Under the pieces are notes generated by a model. The model did no database searches. It was not told the DNA's origin and worked only from the letters and a program-made list of their open reading frames with translations. DNA of 41,955 bases, from NCBI GenBank assembly GCA_000182565.2, contig KQ257461.1; one strand, written 5' to 3'. How positions within the stretch are numbered: position 1 is the first letter of the stretch; the number at the start of each line of letters is the position of its first letter. This stretch comes from Spizellomyces punctatus DAOM BR117 (Eukaryota). The position numbers and the translations under genes are program-made. Shown here one piece after another: positions 1 to 13,175 of this stretch.

Positions 1-638
1 CGGTTCTTGAATGCTGTAATCTGAGCATCTTGACGGCTTATTTTGAGCAAGTTGTTCTCCAGTACACATAAACGTCGTAGGTCATTACAGATTGAGACGC
101 CCAGCAACGGGTGAGGAATGCCATAGGATCCGCAAGCTGCATGGCAAGCCGGACATGCTGCTACAGTACAGGATGATATCGGCACATTCCCAAATGCTGA
201 TAATATCTAGCAATGACTAGGTACTCGTTTTCAATCATGTCTGCATTGTATTTTTCTTTAGAAGCCTGAAGTAGGGTGAAATAGGGGCTATATATGTCCA
301 ACAGGTAGAGTCCTGTATAAATTGCTTCCAGACTTGAAATAATTTTATTATCGAGAGATTGTACCAATGTTCAATCTGGGACGTTGAGAGGATATCACAG
401 TTTATACTACATGTGGCTAACAGAAAACAGGAATGGTCGTCATGCAACTTCAAATTAGCCTCACACTGAAGACGTAACCCGGTTCAGACTGAGAGCTTAC
501 GAACAGCCCAGATAATTTGGTGCCTTCACCGGGCATTAGAACAACTAGACATGCGAAACATAGTAATTTATTCAACCACAAGTGTATATAACATCCACCC
601 TCTACATACTTATCCAACTTGTTGGTAGCGCTCCGCCA

Positions 639-1218
<580 letters not shown>

Positions 1219-1628
1219 CTTGCGCAGAATCAGGGAGAAAATATAGGACGTAGAGAGGTACAAAGACAGAAAAGTGTCGAGACAGAGGCTAGTAAACCAA
1301 GAGGTGATCAAGTGCTGTTCTTGCTGACGACGGGTCCCAGTGTACAGTCTCTTTGAGAGGATTTACGCGATGTCCCAAGTGAAGCTCTGTGCAGGCGCGA
1401 AGCGGAGTTGAACGCCTGGACAAGGAACGGTCTGTCAAATTTCGAATGCACATGACTGTGCCATCTGTAAACCAACCGTGCCACGGCGGGGCCATATGCT
1501 GTCACGCACGTGATACCTGTGGAGTCATCCAATTCCCGATCACCCAACTTGCGCTTTGGTCTGCATCTGCAGAACGAAACATTGTAGGAAAGCTACAGCC
1601 GAGTTCTGCCTATGTCCTTGCGAATTAG

Positions 1629-4600
1629 ATGCAGTCAGCAGCAGCGACCTTTGACGGTCTAGTGGTGGAGTTGACGAAATGTGCTCCTCCAATCGCCGGT
1701 CAAGCTAACCAAGAATCAAAGAGAATTTCGATATTGGGGGATCTAGTTGCGCTATCATATCCAGTGAAGGCCTGTTCAGCGGAGGTGGGTGAACACAGGC
1801 ATTTTGAATGCAAATTGTTTAGATTACCTGGAATGTGGTAGTGGAGATCTGTAGTATATGCCAATCATGCCAACATCGCCTATTTTGCTGCTTTCTGTTC
1901 ATATATTTTATGTTTGAATAGAATGTCCGAAAATTGGTAGTTTACGGTCGCAAGTACTGGAATCATCCACCGGCCAATGGCCTCTTCACTGATCTGCTAT
2001 TCCAGCTATTTAGTAAACAAAAGGTTCTTCACGACCCAGCGTGGTGGATTTCACGATTGCTCATATATGCTGAACCTTTACTTCATGAAACAAAGATCAG
2101 CCTACCTACCCTTGACATACAGCAAGAAGTGATAGGGCAGTGTGTAGATTTCCTACTGTCTGCCTTGAAAAGCACAGGAATCCCAGGAACCTCACGGATT
2201 GATGGGGATTTACGATTGAACGTGCTGAGGACACTGGGAACTGTATTGTTTGAAAATGGAGCGGCATGCTTTAAGGTCTGCTTGTAGTGACTGGTTCATT
2301 CCATCTACAGCATAGCTCAAGTGTGACCGACTTTTTGTAGTCTCATTCTGCACTCCTGAATGCCCTTACTCCACTGGCTTCAGAAGGCAGCACTGATGAT
2401 GATCCTGAAGTACGCCGAATGGCACTGACGTGCCTTGGAAACCTTTGTGTCAAAACCGGCACGAAAGGTGCTAATTTACAAAAGGAAGTATACAATATTC
2501 TGATGCGAAATTTAGTCGGCGATGTTAGTGAAGAGAACACGTCCAAAGTACGCATTTTGATTCAGAAGTGTAGGGATACGATCTACCTTCATTATTTACA
2601 GGAGGGTCATTTTTAGGTGGTTAGCAGCGCTCTCCGAGGTCTACAGCTACTCATTAACGAGAACAAAACACTTGTCCAAGATTCCGCGCCCACTCTGCTC
2701 TCATTTCTGCAGCAGTACGGCTTAGCTCTGCCAACGAATTCGCACTCCTTCACAACTACAGCCTGTAAGCATTCCAGCCCACATATGGTGTGGTGATTCC
2801 TCAATCAACCCATTACCTTCGTAAACAGCTGCCAAATTGATCAAGAAGCCGCCACGGAGCTTAATGACCATCCCATCAGACTCTGAGTTTTCCGATGGAG
2901 AGATCGGCCTGCCACGAAATCGGTAAGGTTTCGCATATGGACGGCCAAGCAACGTACACTTCGACTCACAGCTTCTCTTACCGGTCAGGCTCCGGGACAG
3001 TCGCCTCCAATTAAACGCCATACTATGTTTGCAGGCCCTTGCCAAGGTATGAAGAGGAGACGATGAGGTTATCCGATATTCATTTCTCTTACTTCCCTTC
3101 ATGCAGGCACAAGCAAAGCTTGTATACCCGTATTGGTTCAGATTCTTACCAGATCCGGTGGAAGGGCCTTCAGCACCGTCCCTCATATCAGTTATGCGGG
3201 ACAGTGAATCACCAAAAGTGCGTCATGCTGCTTGCGCAGCATTGATGGCGTTTCTAGAGGGCTCAAAACAGTATCTGTCTGTCGCAGAGGATAGGTATGT
3301 ACTCTGTATTGAGAGAAGAACTCACATTATGACTATATGCGAACGCCAGAGTTTTAATCTAGCATTCGCGAGTAGCACGATCAAGACAGCGTTTACATCC
3401 CTTTCCCAGAAGCTGGCTGAGCAGCTACGGGAAATTCACCAGGGCTTGCTGAAGGCCGTGAAGGAAGAAACACAGCCTCTGCTCCTGACACAAGAGTTGA
3501 AAGTGGGTGGCTAACATGTTTCACTTTGGCTGACTGGCGAAGTAACATTGGTTATACTTGGGCTCCGTAGTGTTTAGGAGTGCTAATCAAGAACTGCACA
3601 TATGATCGTCTCCGTCACAACTATAGACAGGATGCGTATGATGCCGTTACGAGTCGCATAACGCCAGAGGGTAAGGCTAGCTTCAGCGTGTTGTCATGTC
3701 GCATCCCAGTTAATTTATATTTTGCCATAAGATTTTGGCATCACATCATCTGTATTGGAATGCATTGCTGCGTTGTTGGACGCCGGGACGCCATTATTCT
3801 CGACTCCTCAGGCGGACGGTTTGTACGCATTGTTGGATATGGTAATGGCACTCGCCAAGAAGCCCGAACACATTTCAGTACGTGTTGCAGCCCTGGATGT
3901 GCTGTGTTCTGTAGCCAGAAATGCTCCGGATGTCATTGGGTATATGGCGCGCTTGGAACTCATTGAGAAACGGCGCATCGAGACTCATGTTTGATGATAG
4001 AGCCAACTGGTCGAAATTGGTAGATATACTCGTGGATGCGGAAACCGATGCCAAGGATGCCGTCAGGGCGGCTGCTCTAAAGCTCCTAGAGCAATATACC
4101 CATTCTTGCGGTGCGAAAGAGGGTGTGCAGGTGAGTGCATTCAGAATTCAAATGGCTGGAATTGTGCTGGATTTTGACAATGATTTTCAAGGTACCACCA
4201 TTAAATTGGTGGACTGATCTAGTAGACCATCATGTGCAGACCGCGATTCAGGATACGTTCTACGCTGTACGGTCCCTTGGTTGCGATTGTTTGTCGCATT
4301 TCCCGTCAATTATATTCGAGAACTTGCCAGTAGGTTGAAGAGACGGTTCTTACTGACACATGAGTACTGGCCTAAATTGTAGTATCAGCCCAAGAGACAG
4401 TATGCTTGTCTGGCTCTTGCATTAGGAATGGTGCAGGATGAGGATCACACTGTACGGGCAGCAGCGTGTCGCACATTGGGAGTCTACGTTAGTCATCCCG
4501 CCGTGATGGAGGTATGATTATCGGAAGCGCCTGCATGATTTGCTGGCACAATCCTCATTATTCAAGATAGGATGTGCTTTTTTTGAATGACGTGGCTACG

Positions 4601-5586
4601 ACAATACCTCAACTGGCTACCGATAAGAACATTAACGTTCGAATCCGAACCAGTTGGGCGCTGGCGAATTTGTGTGATGCCTTGGCATCGGTTGGGTATG
4701 TATGCTGTATTATCATTGTACGGTTACTCGCAAGTGGTTTACACCTCATGCACAGAGAGAGTGCGCAAAAACAAGGTGTGGACCTTGCAGAAGTAGGAAT
4801 TACACATGAGACTGTTGTAGAGATTATTCGGGCAGGTCTAGCTGCTGCAAAGGACAATGACAAGGTACTTGTAAAGTGTTGTCCCCGTGAGATGTTCAAA
4901 TTGGACTTAGTTGCAGTCCAGTGTCGATCGAATGGCGTAAGAGCACTGGGGAACATTGTGCGAGTGTGTCCTCCCATGTTATTGGTGCGGGAAGCCGAAA
5001 GATTAATCAAGGAAATTGTTTTGGTTGTCCTGAAAAATGTAGATTCTGGGTCGGTCAAGGTATGCAAAGCCCAAATAGTTCCGTTCGTCAGTAGCCCGCA
5101 TTGAGTTCTGACATTGCACAGGCACGATGGAATGCTTGTCACGCTCTTGGGAATATGCTAAGAACAGATGCGTTTCCTATTGGCCGAGCCAGTTGGACAG
5201 ATGCCGTATACGAGTCTCTCATCGGAGCAGTTGTTACTTGCAAAAACTTCAAGGTCCGGATCAGTGCTGCTGCTGCGATTGCCGGACCCACGACTCGCGA
5301 TCGGTATGGTACCACTGAGCTCGGCGCATCTAGAAATATTACAAAGTCCATGCAGGCCATGGTAACAGGATTGGAGAATGCTAGTAATCTTGATGATGCC
5401 GCTTTTGGAGAATTCAAGTACGGAGAGCAACTGTCGGATCAGGTGAGATGACAATTGACAAATCTAGCCGTGCGGCATGATCTTAATATTTTATTTTAGC
5501 TGCAAAGTACGTTGACACACTTGCGAAATGTGTTGGGCGCAAATGATTTGGAGATAAGAGGAAATGAAGGTAGAATAGAAGCATAA
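1629..5586 (+). CDS. HEATR6: HEAT/ARM-repeat protein, HEATR6 (DUF4042)-like, multi-exon
   Basis: Spliced segments PKVRHAACAALMAFLEGSKQYLSVAED, TAFTSLSQKLAEQLREIH, DKNINVRIRTSWALANLCDAL, DNDK|CRSNGVRALGN, RWNACHALGNML, CKNFKVRISAAAAI match the remembered HEATR6 motif order. GT-AG introns are mostly ~55-80 nt. Last exon 5500-5586 ends in TAA. The start codon is less certain. Confidence 0.85.
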
Positions 5587-5889
5587 ATTTTGTACAAAAG
5601 CAACAAAAGAATGATGGCTGGCCAAGCGCTTTGGTCATGCGATGCGCAGACCGGTTGAACTTGATCATGGAACTGAGCCACGACTTATGACTCAGTGGGG
5701 GATTTGGGTCCTTTTGATATGGGCTTTTCAAGTATTTGGTTCATGCTTCTCATCACAAGATCTATATTGGCACTCAACCCGAGTAAAACTTGTACACGAA
5801 CTGGGATTGCTGCGTTTACCACCTTCGTGTTACCGCAATCTACTAGTATCATTCCATCCTTGACGTGTCCAGCCATCGCAAGCAAAGGA

Positions 5890-8691
5890 ATGGCCACCGC
5901 TACAGCAACGGTCCCAGTGCCACCAGTGGCAAAGAAAGTTCCCTACAAGGTACCGTCTACGTTGTTATAAAGAAAAGATGCAGCTCTTCTCATATTAATT
6001 TTACGCATAGCACAAGTATTTCGGTGTTGAATATGACGATCCTTACCATTGGCTGAAAGATATGAACAAGGAGAAGCGCTCCGACATTATCGACTACCTT
6101 AACGAGGAGAATGCTTACGCAAAGACACTCCATCTTGAGCCCAATGCCAAGCTGATCGACACAATTTACGATGAATTCATTTCTCGCATTCAGGAGGACG
6201 ACTCTGATGTTCCGGTTTACAAAGAGCCCTTTTACTACTACAAACGCACAGAGAAGGGGAAACAGTACTCCATTTATGCCCGTAAGAAGGGATCCTTGGA
6301 CGCACCGGAAGAGATTCTGCTCAACCAGAACGACTTTGACCACGAATTCCAGTCACTCGGGTTTTACCGGGTCAGCCCAGATCACAGCATTTTGGCGTAC
6401 AGTTTGGATACTACCGGCGATGAAATCTTTACAATTTACTTTAAAGACTTGAAGACTGGGCAGCTTTTTGAGTCGGATACCATCAAGGGGGCCTCTGAAG
6501 AAGCAGAATGGACAAATGATAACAAGGCGATCTATTACTCGGTCTTGGATGAGATCCACAGACCTTACAAGATTTTCCGGCATCAGCTTGGAACCCCTTC
6601 TGAGAAAGATGAGCTCATTTACGAGGTAGAAGTCGCTAGAAACAGGTTCCATCGCTGTGTGATTGCTCACTTTTCAATTCCCGCTCGGTTAGGAAAAAGA
6701 CTTGAAGTTTATGGTGGGATTGGAGAAAAGCAATTCGCAAAAATTCATCTTTGTATCTGTGGGGAGCTCTTTAACCAGAGAGACCCATATTCTCGACGCG
6801 GACGACTCCAAAGCCAGTAAGTGGTCATATATGATTGAGTAATGTATGGTAGAAGTATATAACGAGGGATCTGCAATAGAGCTCCGCGTGTTTCAGCCTC
6901 GGCAGTTCCGTCATAAGTATTCTATTGACCACCAAGGCGACAACTTCCTGATTTTGACTGATGGTGGGGGCAAATATTTGAATTTCAAGCTCTGCTCTTG
7001 CCCATTGGTTAGTTCCTCACTTTTGCGTCCGTTGGCGTCGTCGGAAATATTATATCTAATCACATTATCTATTTGTTAGGACAAGACCGACGCTAGCAAC
7101 TGGGTTGATGTTCTTCCGTATGATCCTTTGAGGCATTTAACTGGCGTACAGCCTTTCAAGGGTTTTGTCGCCCTATATGAGCGCTCAGATGCCCTCAAGC
7201 GTATCCGCATTCTTGAAGCCAATGCCAAAGGGAACGTAGATGGCTCAGCATCGTCATATTACCTAGACTTTGACGAGGAGCTTTTTACGGTTGGTGATGC
7301 GGGAACATCCAAGCAGAACTACGATTCAAATATTGTGCGATTCACCTATACTTCGATACTTACCTCTCCGCAAGTCTTGGAGTATGATGTGAAGCAAAAG
7401 GAGAAGAAACTGCTAAAACAACTAGAAGTGCCCAATTTTGATCCTTCTCTCTACGCGATGAAGCGCATCTATGCTCCCATCCCACCGGAAACGGCGGCGA
7501 ATGCGCCGTTCGATACTCCCACCCCGGATCGCATTCCCATCTCGATTGTCTACAAAAAGGACTTGTTCAAGGGCGATGGAACCAACCCGGGCTATCTTTA
7601 CGGATATGGGAGTTATGGTATATCTATTGATCCCAGCTTCAACTCGAAGCTCTTTAGTTTTGTGGATCGCGGATACGTATACGCTATCGCTCACATCAGA
7701 GGTGGCGGTGAAAACGGTCGTGCATGGTGATTATGACGAATGCATTGTTATTAAATTACCGTGAGACTGACTTCTAATGTCCAGGTACGAGACCGGAAAG
7801 TTCAAACATAAGCGAAACACCTTTACCGATTTCATTGCCGCCGCCGACGAGCTGGTAAAACAAAAGTTCACCAGACACGATATCATGGCGATCGAGGGCC
7901 GTTCCGCAGGCGGCTTATTGATTGGTGCTACGGTCAATTTCCGACCTGACGTAGCAGCTATTGCTGTGGCCGGTGTGCCCTTTGTAGATGTAAGTATTAT
8001 GTAAGATCTGAGCAGCATATGGAGACATTCCAACAGGTCCATAGGTCATCAACACCATGATGGACGAGAAGATTCCATTGACTGTGAACGAATATGAGGA
8101 ATGGGGAAACCCCAATGAGAAGGACTTTTTTGATTATATGTTGAGTTATTCTCCTTACGAGAACCTGAAGAGTGGTGTACAGGTACCCGTTTTGTCTTGA
8201 TGGTTGTACACGCTGTGCAGTGTCTCACATGCACCATTTAGTATCCTGATATGTTAGTCAAGGCCGGATTAAACGATCCCCGTGTACAATACTGGGAACC
8301 CAGGTAAATTGTTAGAAATATTCTCGGCATCTTTCGACTTTGGTTGATTGCCCTCTTTCCAGCAAATGGGTTGCAAAGATGAGAGACCTGGGGGTGGACA
8401 AAGGAAAGGAGGACAGGGTAAGTGCACATGACCTATTCGTCGTCCTGGGTACTTGATAGTTTAACTATAGTGATGACTGATTAGGTCATTGTGTACGATT
8501 GTAAAATGGGCTCAGGTCATTTTGGGCATTCCGGAAGGTATGGGGAGGGTTGGCCGCGACATGAGTCTGCCCAGAAGAGTACATGTCTTAACTTTCTTTT
8601 CAGGTATGCCTATCTCAAAGAGGTTGCCGCCGATTACGCATTTGTGATCAATAGACTCGAAAAGCGGATCAAGGCACAAAGCCGCTTGTAG
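5890..8691 (+). CDS. Oligopeptidase B / protease II (peptidase S9A), multi-exon, C-terminal SRL
   Basis: PPVAKKVP|HKYFGVEYDDPYHWLKD N-terminus; YGYGSYG; AIAHIRGGGENGRAW; catalytic Ser in EGRSAGG (Ser codon 7903-7905); EYEEWGNP; GLNDPRVQYWEP (Asp); GSGHFG (His). An in-frame upstream ATG at 5719 is an alternative start. Confidence 0.93.
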
Positions 8692-8826
8692 GGTAGCCAT
8701 TAAAGAGACTTCATGCATAGATGTAGGTGTAGATGACCCAGGTAGACAGGGCCTAGAAGCAATGGCATCATGAATCAACAATTTACCGTCATTGCGACGA
8801 GCATACTTCTCGGTCGCAACAATTTT

Positions 8827-9849
8827 TTATGAATCTTGACGTAAACATTTACTATATATCTCATAGGATATTCTCGCTGCCCGGCGAGGAGGTAAGTGTT
8901 TACTGGGTGAGATTCCATCCACATCGTAGCTACAGATGAAGACTCTTCAGTATGAAGCTTGAGGAAATGGAAAGCATGATTCCAGTACCCAAGCTTGCGA
9001 TAGAAGGTGATCGCCGCCTCGTTGCTTTTAAAAACGGTCAACATGGATTTCTCCATATGATATTTTCGACCGACTTCTTCTAATATTCGCATGAGATGAG
9101 CTCCTAGACCCTTTCGTTGAAAGGAGCTTTCTAGTTGAAGTTCGTAGCTGTGCCGGTCGATTGTTAATATCGTTGCAGTCGGTCACGTAAATGAACAGTC
9201 TGACAATTACCAATAGATAACAGGGATTTGCTCGTCCTCTTTATCATCACTTGAATCCTCTCCACTTTCAATATCATCCGCACAATAATCCTCCATCACG
9301 AACTGGAAATAGAGGAACCCCGCTAATTGTCCGTCGGAAGCCTGAGCGATAAGATACATCGCATGTTCTTCACTCATTTCAGCCAGTTTGTCTTCATCAG
9401 ACCATCCTGTATCTTTTGCCGCTATGTATCTATTCAGCATAATCCATCAAAAGGATGTTCTAGTAGGTACAACAAAGCGTGTCCACTCTTACTGATCGTA
9501 AAGGTTGCGTTTGACGAGGTTGAAGGCCCATTGGTGGAGATGAGAAGGAAGATTGCAGAGAGAGTAGAGTGTTATCGTTATAGGTTGGCTGTCAATACGT
9601 GGAAGGAATAAGTCACCGCTTTCCAACGACAAAATATTGGACGGTAGAGCGAATTAACAAACCCATTCGTCGGATAGTGTAGTGGTGTAGTGCAACCCAG
9701 TAACCAGTTATCCGCCTAAGGTGTTGCATTAGTTCAATGTGGCGGCTGAGCGAATACCAAAGACGACAGATGTCGCATTTATTTTATATATCTGTTCTAC
9801 ATACTTCATTAGCACTTTGCACCAAGCGCTTGCCATCGAGTCTTGTCAT
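8827..9849 (-). CDS. NAA40: N-alpha-acetyltransferase 40 (NatD, histone H4/H2A N-terminal GNAT)
   Basis: Spliced MTRLDGKRLVQSANE|...QWAFNLVKRNLYDQ|...GWSDEDKLAEM...LAGFLYFQF...PVIY|CYELQLESSFQRKGLGAHLM...MLTVFKSNEAAITFYRKLG|YDVDGISP...YEIYSK. These are the Nat4/NAA40 signature motifs. Confidence 0.88.
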
Positions 9850-10007
9850 TTCGTTCTGTGCCCAAGCACACAACCTGTACAGTAGAAGGAGGCTTAGCTA
9901 CGAGCATCTGCACGTGAGTTCAGTATAAATGAATTTCACAGCCACTTGCGATAGGTTGGTATTTCAAGTGAATATCTTCCCAGGGCAGCAAGTACGAGAC
10001 CAGCGCA

Positions 10008-10750
10008 ATGTCTATCGAGGACGAGGAACTTGCTGAGGACGCATACATTTGGGCAGAAAACAATCCGCAACGCAGGGTGGCGAAACTCTTGCTGCGAAAG
10101 TTTACCTATCAGGTTTGGTTGCTATCAATGGGTATTCGTCGTGGGAATCACGTTCAACGCCATGCAGGAGTTGCAGACACTACAAGATGCTTTGATTGCT
10201 AAAAGTGTTGACGAAGCATACGTAGTGTGCGCTTTAGATACTCGCAATTTTGCAAGCTGGCTCCGGAAACGGTGTACAGCTGCAAGGTAAGCATTGCTCC
10301 CCTGGGGTCAACAAAATCCAAACGCATAAATTACTGAGACTCTGATACAGGTTCTCTGAGACACTTGATGCACTTTGCAGCTATCGTGGACTTGATCCAG
10401 TACGCCTGGTGTGATAAGAACCTTTGTCCCCTAATGATCTAATCGGTGTTCCCCAGACGTCTGAATTTTACTTGTCCAACATCGAGTCGCCTTACGATTG
10501 CCAAGAGTACATGAGCCTGCTATTCGACGAAGAGAAAATCAATGGCTCTTTGGCAAAATACTTGGATTGCGCGGGAAAAATTGGACAATTTGGAAAGCTG
10601 AGAACTGCACTACGTTCAAAGGTTGGGTATGATGGACATAGAGGACGATATTATCATCTAACACCTTTGCGACAGCCAAAGTGCGTTCACAGGATTAGGT
10701 ACTCTCCCAAATCACTACGGCGACGATACTATTACAGTGGGAAGCCTTAG
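10008..10750 (+). CDS. Hypothetical protein, ~170 aa; exons 10008-10112, 10168-10286, 10351-10399, 10457-10621, 10676-10750
   Basis: Four 54-64 nt GT-AG introns join five segments into one uninterrupted 513-nt frame. No family recognised. Confidence 0.65.
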
Positions 10751-11022
10751 CTATTACTTTCATATCGGTAGCACCAACGAGACACTTCGTATTGACAGTC
10801 ATGGAATGTTACCTATTAGTATATTCTCTTTTCGTCGCATTTAGCAATAAATATTCGCAACGTATATTCGCAGTCATATGCATACAATCTCACAATGTAG
10901 CAGGCGATTTTCACAAGGTTGTGCTGACAATGCAGCGTCCAAATCGCAATGGTGGAAGTGCTTATGTGCATATTAGCAAATGTACGGTCGGCCACAGCCG
11001 CGATGATGCGTTTTGCGTAATC

Positions 11023-12964
11023 TCAACATGATCTGAAATACACTCCTGTAGCGTACTTGCCAACAACAATCTTCTGTTCCGCTCGAACCTTCTTTCCACT
11101 TCCAACCTCAACAACACCGCATGGTGCTAATTGCAACCGTCCTGCATTTTCCGACACCCACCCAGCTGTCATCTCGATGGGGCCAGTTCCCAACTCTTCC
11201 TCTACCACACCCAAGGCAGCCTCTTTCAAATCCTCGACAGGGTCAGCGAGATGGCTGTATGGTATTGCCTTGGGATATATGGGTACAGCGCTATTCGACT
11301 TCTTTCCGTCACCACGGCCTAATTGCTCATTTTTGTTACATCCCCACACCAGGACATCCCGACCATACTCCTGGGGTTGTTCCGGTACGCTCGGCTTACT
11401 ACCGAACCAACTCCGCGGAGACTTTGTCGTGTCGTCCCCAGTACCGTTGTCTAATACCGCAGCGCAATGTGATCCATTTGGGCTAACGGCGATCGCATAA
11501 ATTCCGATGGGTCGAATACGGCGAGCGATTTCATCATATTCGGAAAGGTTTGATAGCGTCTTGATGCGCACGGGATTTGCTGTCATGTGCGAGTATGATC
11601 CATTCCCAAGTTGTCCATGAAGTCCTGTTCCGCACGCAAGGACGTCGGTGGACTCGACACGATTCACCACGAAAAAGGATGTGTTGCCTCCTGCGGCGAT
11701 GTCTGTGCATGCGGCATCTAGAGGCTTTGCACCTCTGTTAGGCGGATTCCAGATTGCATCTACCTCCCGGGGTACCGCCAGGTAAGGTTCCTTACTGTTG
11801 TAATCAGGTTCGGATGCCAATTGCTGTCAACGAGAGATCATAAATATCGGATAGCGGACACACTAAAATACCTCAACCTACCCCGAAGCCATTGGCTCCG
11901 AATGCAAAGACTCGTCCATCTTTCGTCCTCACGAGTGTGTGATTCTCTCCGCACGCAGCTCGGTCGAAAGCCATGTCGTCCAGTTTCGACACGAGATTGA
12001 ATTTCACTGCCCAATCAGGATGTTCATCATTCTCCTTCAACAGAGCAGTTGGTAGGTCCGCATGCTCAAGGCCAAGCTGCCCATATTGATTGCCCTTGAT
12101 GTCGGATGGTATGGTGAGAACTTTGCCGCGACTTGTGATTGCCACGAGATGATGTGCACCAGAGGCAAGGGATGTGATTTTATCGCCTCTGGATACTTCT
12201 GACGGCAATGTGAGTTTCGTTATGCTAGGAGCAGATGCCTTGAGCGGCCACCATCCTCGTGAAGTAGTCTGTGCCTGATCAGATGAAACGCCGTCTGCAC
12301 TCCCGCTCCCGTTGCCACTGAAGCAGAAGACCTCTCCAGATCGCGATAATGCATAGACCTTGTTATTGGTGCATGCCGCCTGCACAAGGTCCTGACCTTT
12401 CAAGGTGACTTGTGGTAGGGAGGACAGGCCGTCAGCGGTAAGAGGTGCAGGAGAGTTTGAATGCCATTGCCACAAATTTCCATCCAAGTCGATCGCGGCT
12501 GCATAGGTGTCGCCAAGTACTAGGTCCCTGAAAACTTTACCAGCAAAAAAGCGAATGTTCTTTGCTGAGGAGTGTTTCGTCTCAGAGGCAGAGTCAGTAC
12601 CCCAAACATAAACTCCCAGATGCTTTCTAGCGTCCGAGACTTGGTCTTTCTGTTCTACCGATACAGGTGTAACACCCCCAGGAATTTGAGGCCTTTCTGA
12701 CTTTGCTTCCGCTTCAGTATGAACCGAAAATGTAAACAAACAGACGCCTACTCCGGCGCCAAGAATGAAGGTGATGATACGGAAGGTACGGGGACTAGGT
12801 CCTGTAAAATGTGGGTGAGGGGTCGGAGGAATGTCGGACGGTCTCGGCGTTGTACCGCGCGGCTGGGGTTTTCGCGGAACTGGTTGAGTGGCCATGAAGC
12901 GATAAGTATTCGAAAAGCATGGCTGATATTGTCGGCCGCAACGACGTAATACTGCACGAAGCAT
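11023..12964 (-). CDS. FMP25: Mitochondrial RCC1-repeat protein, FMP25-like; exons 12964-11882 and 11823-11023
   Basis: Arg-rich presequence-like N-terminus (MLRAVLRRCGRQ), one TM (IITFILGAGVGVCLF), RCC1 repeats (ITSLASGAHHLVAITSRG, GNQYGQLG, AACGENHTLVRTKDGRVFAFGANGFG|QL, ACGTGLHGQLGNG), and PVRIKTLSNLSEYDE plus RLQLAP as in fungal FMP25-like proteins. Confidence 0.8.
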
Positions 12965-13175
12965 GCTGTTAATCTTGGTAGCCTTGCAGATCTGAGATCT
13001 GGACGCAAACCTGCTCAGTCTGAAATATACAGGTGGCGCAGCTGTTGAGTCATCATTCCGATCTCGTCAGTTGTTTTGGGCAACTTGCCTTTGAGCCTTT
13101 GAGCGAATTAGCTCCACTACCCACACGATATCTACGGTTCTCTTTCAATGTTACAAGACCGGCCTTCCAGTTAAA

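Noticed and set aside
1-540. Short minus-strand ORFs (161-367, 235-453) as a possible gene fragment
   Set aside because: No recognisable motif and no consistent splice model on either strand. It may belong to a gene outside the window.
5890-8691. Oligopeptidase B as bacterial contamination or recent HGT
   Set aside because: It has about ten host-style spliceosomal introns and sits among eukaryotic genes.
10748-10771. TAG CTA readthrough context at the orphan's stop
   Set aside because: The extension would end in SYR, which is not a PTS1 or any other recognisable signal.
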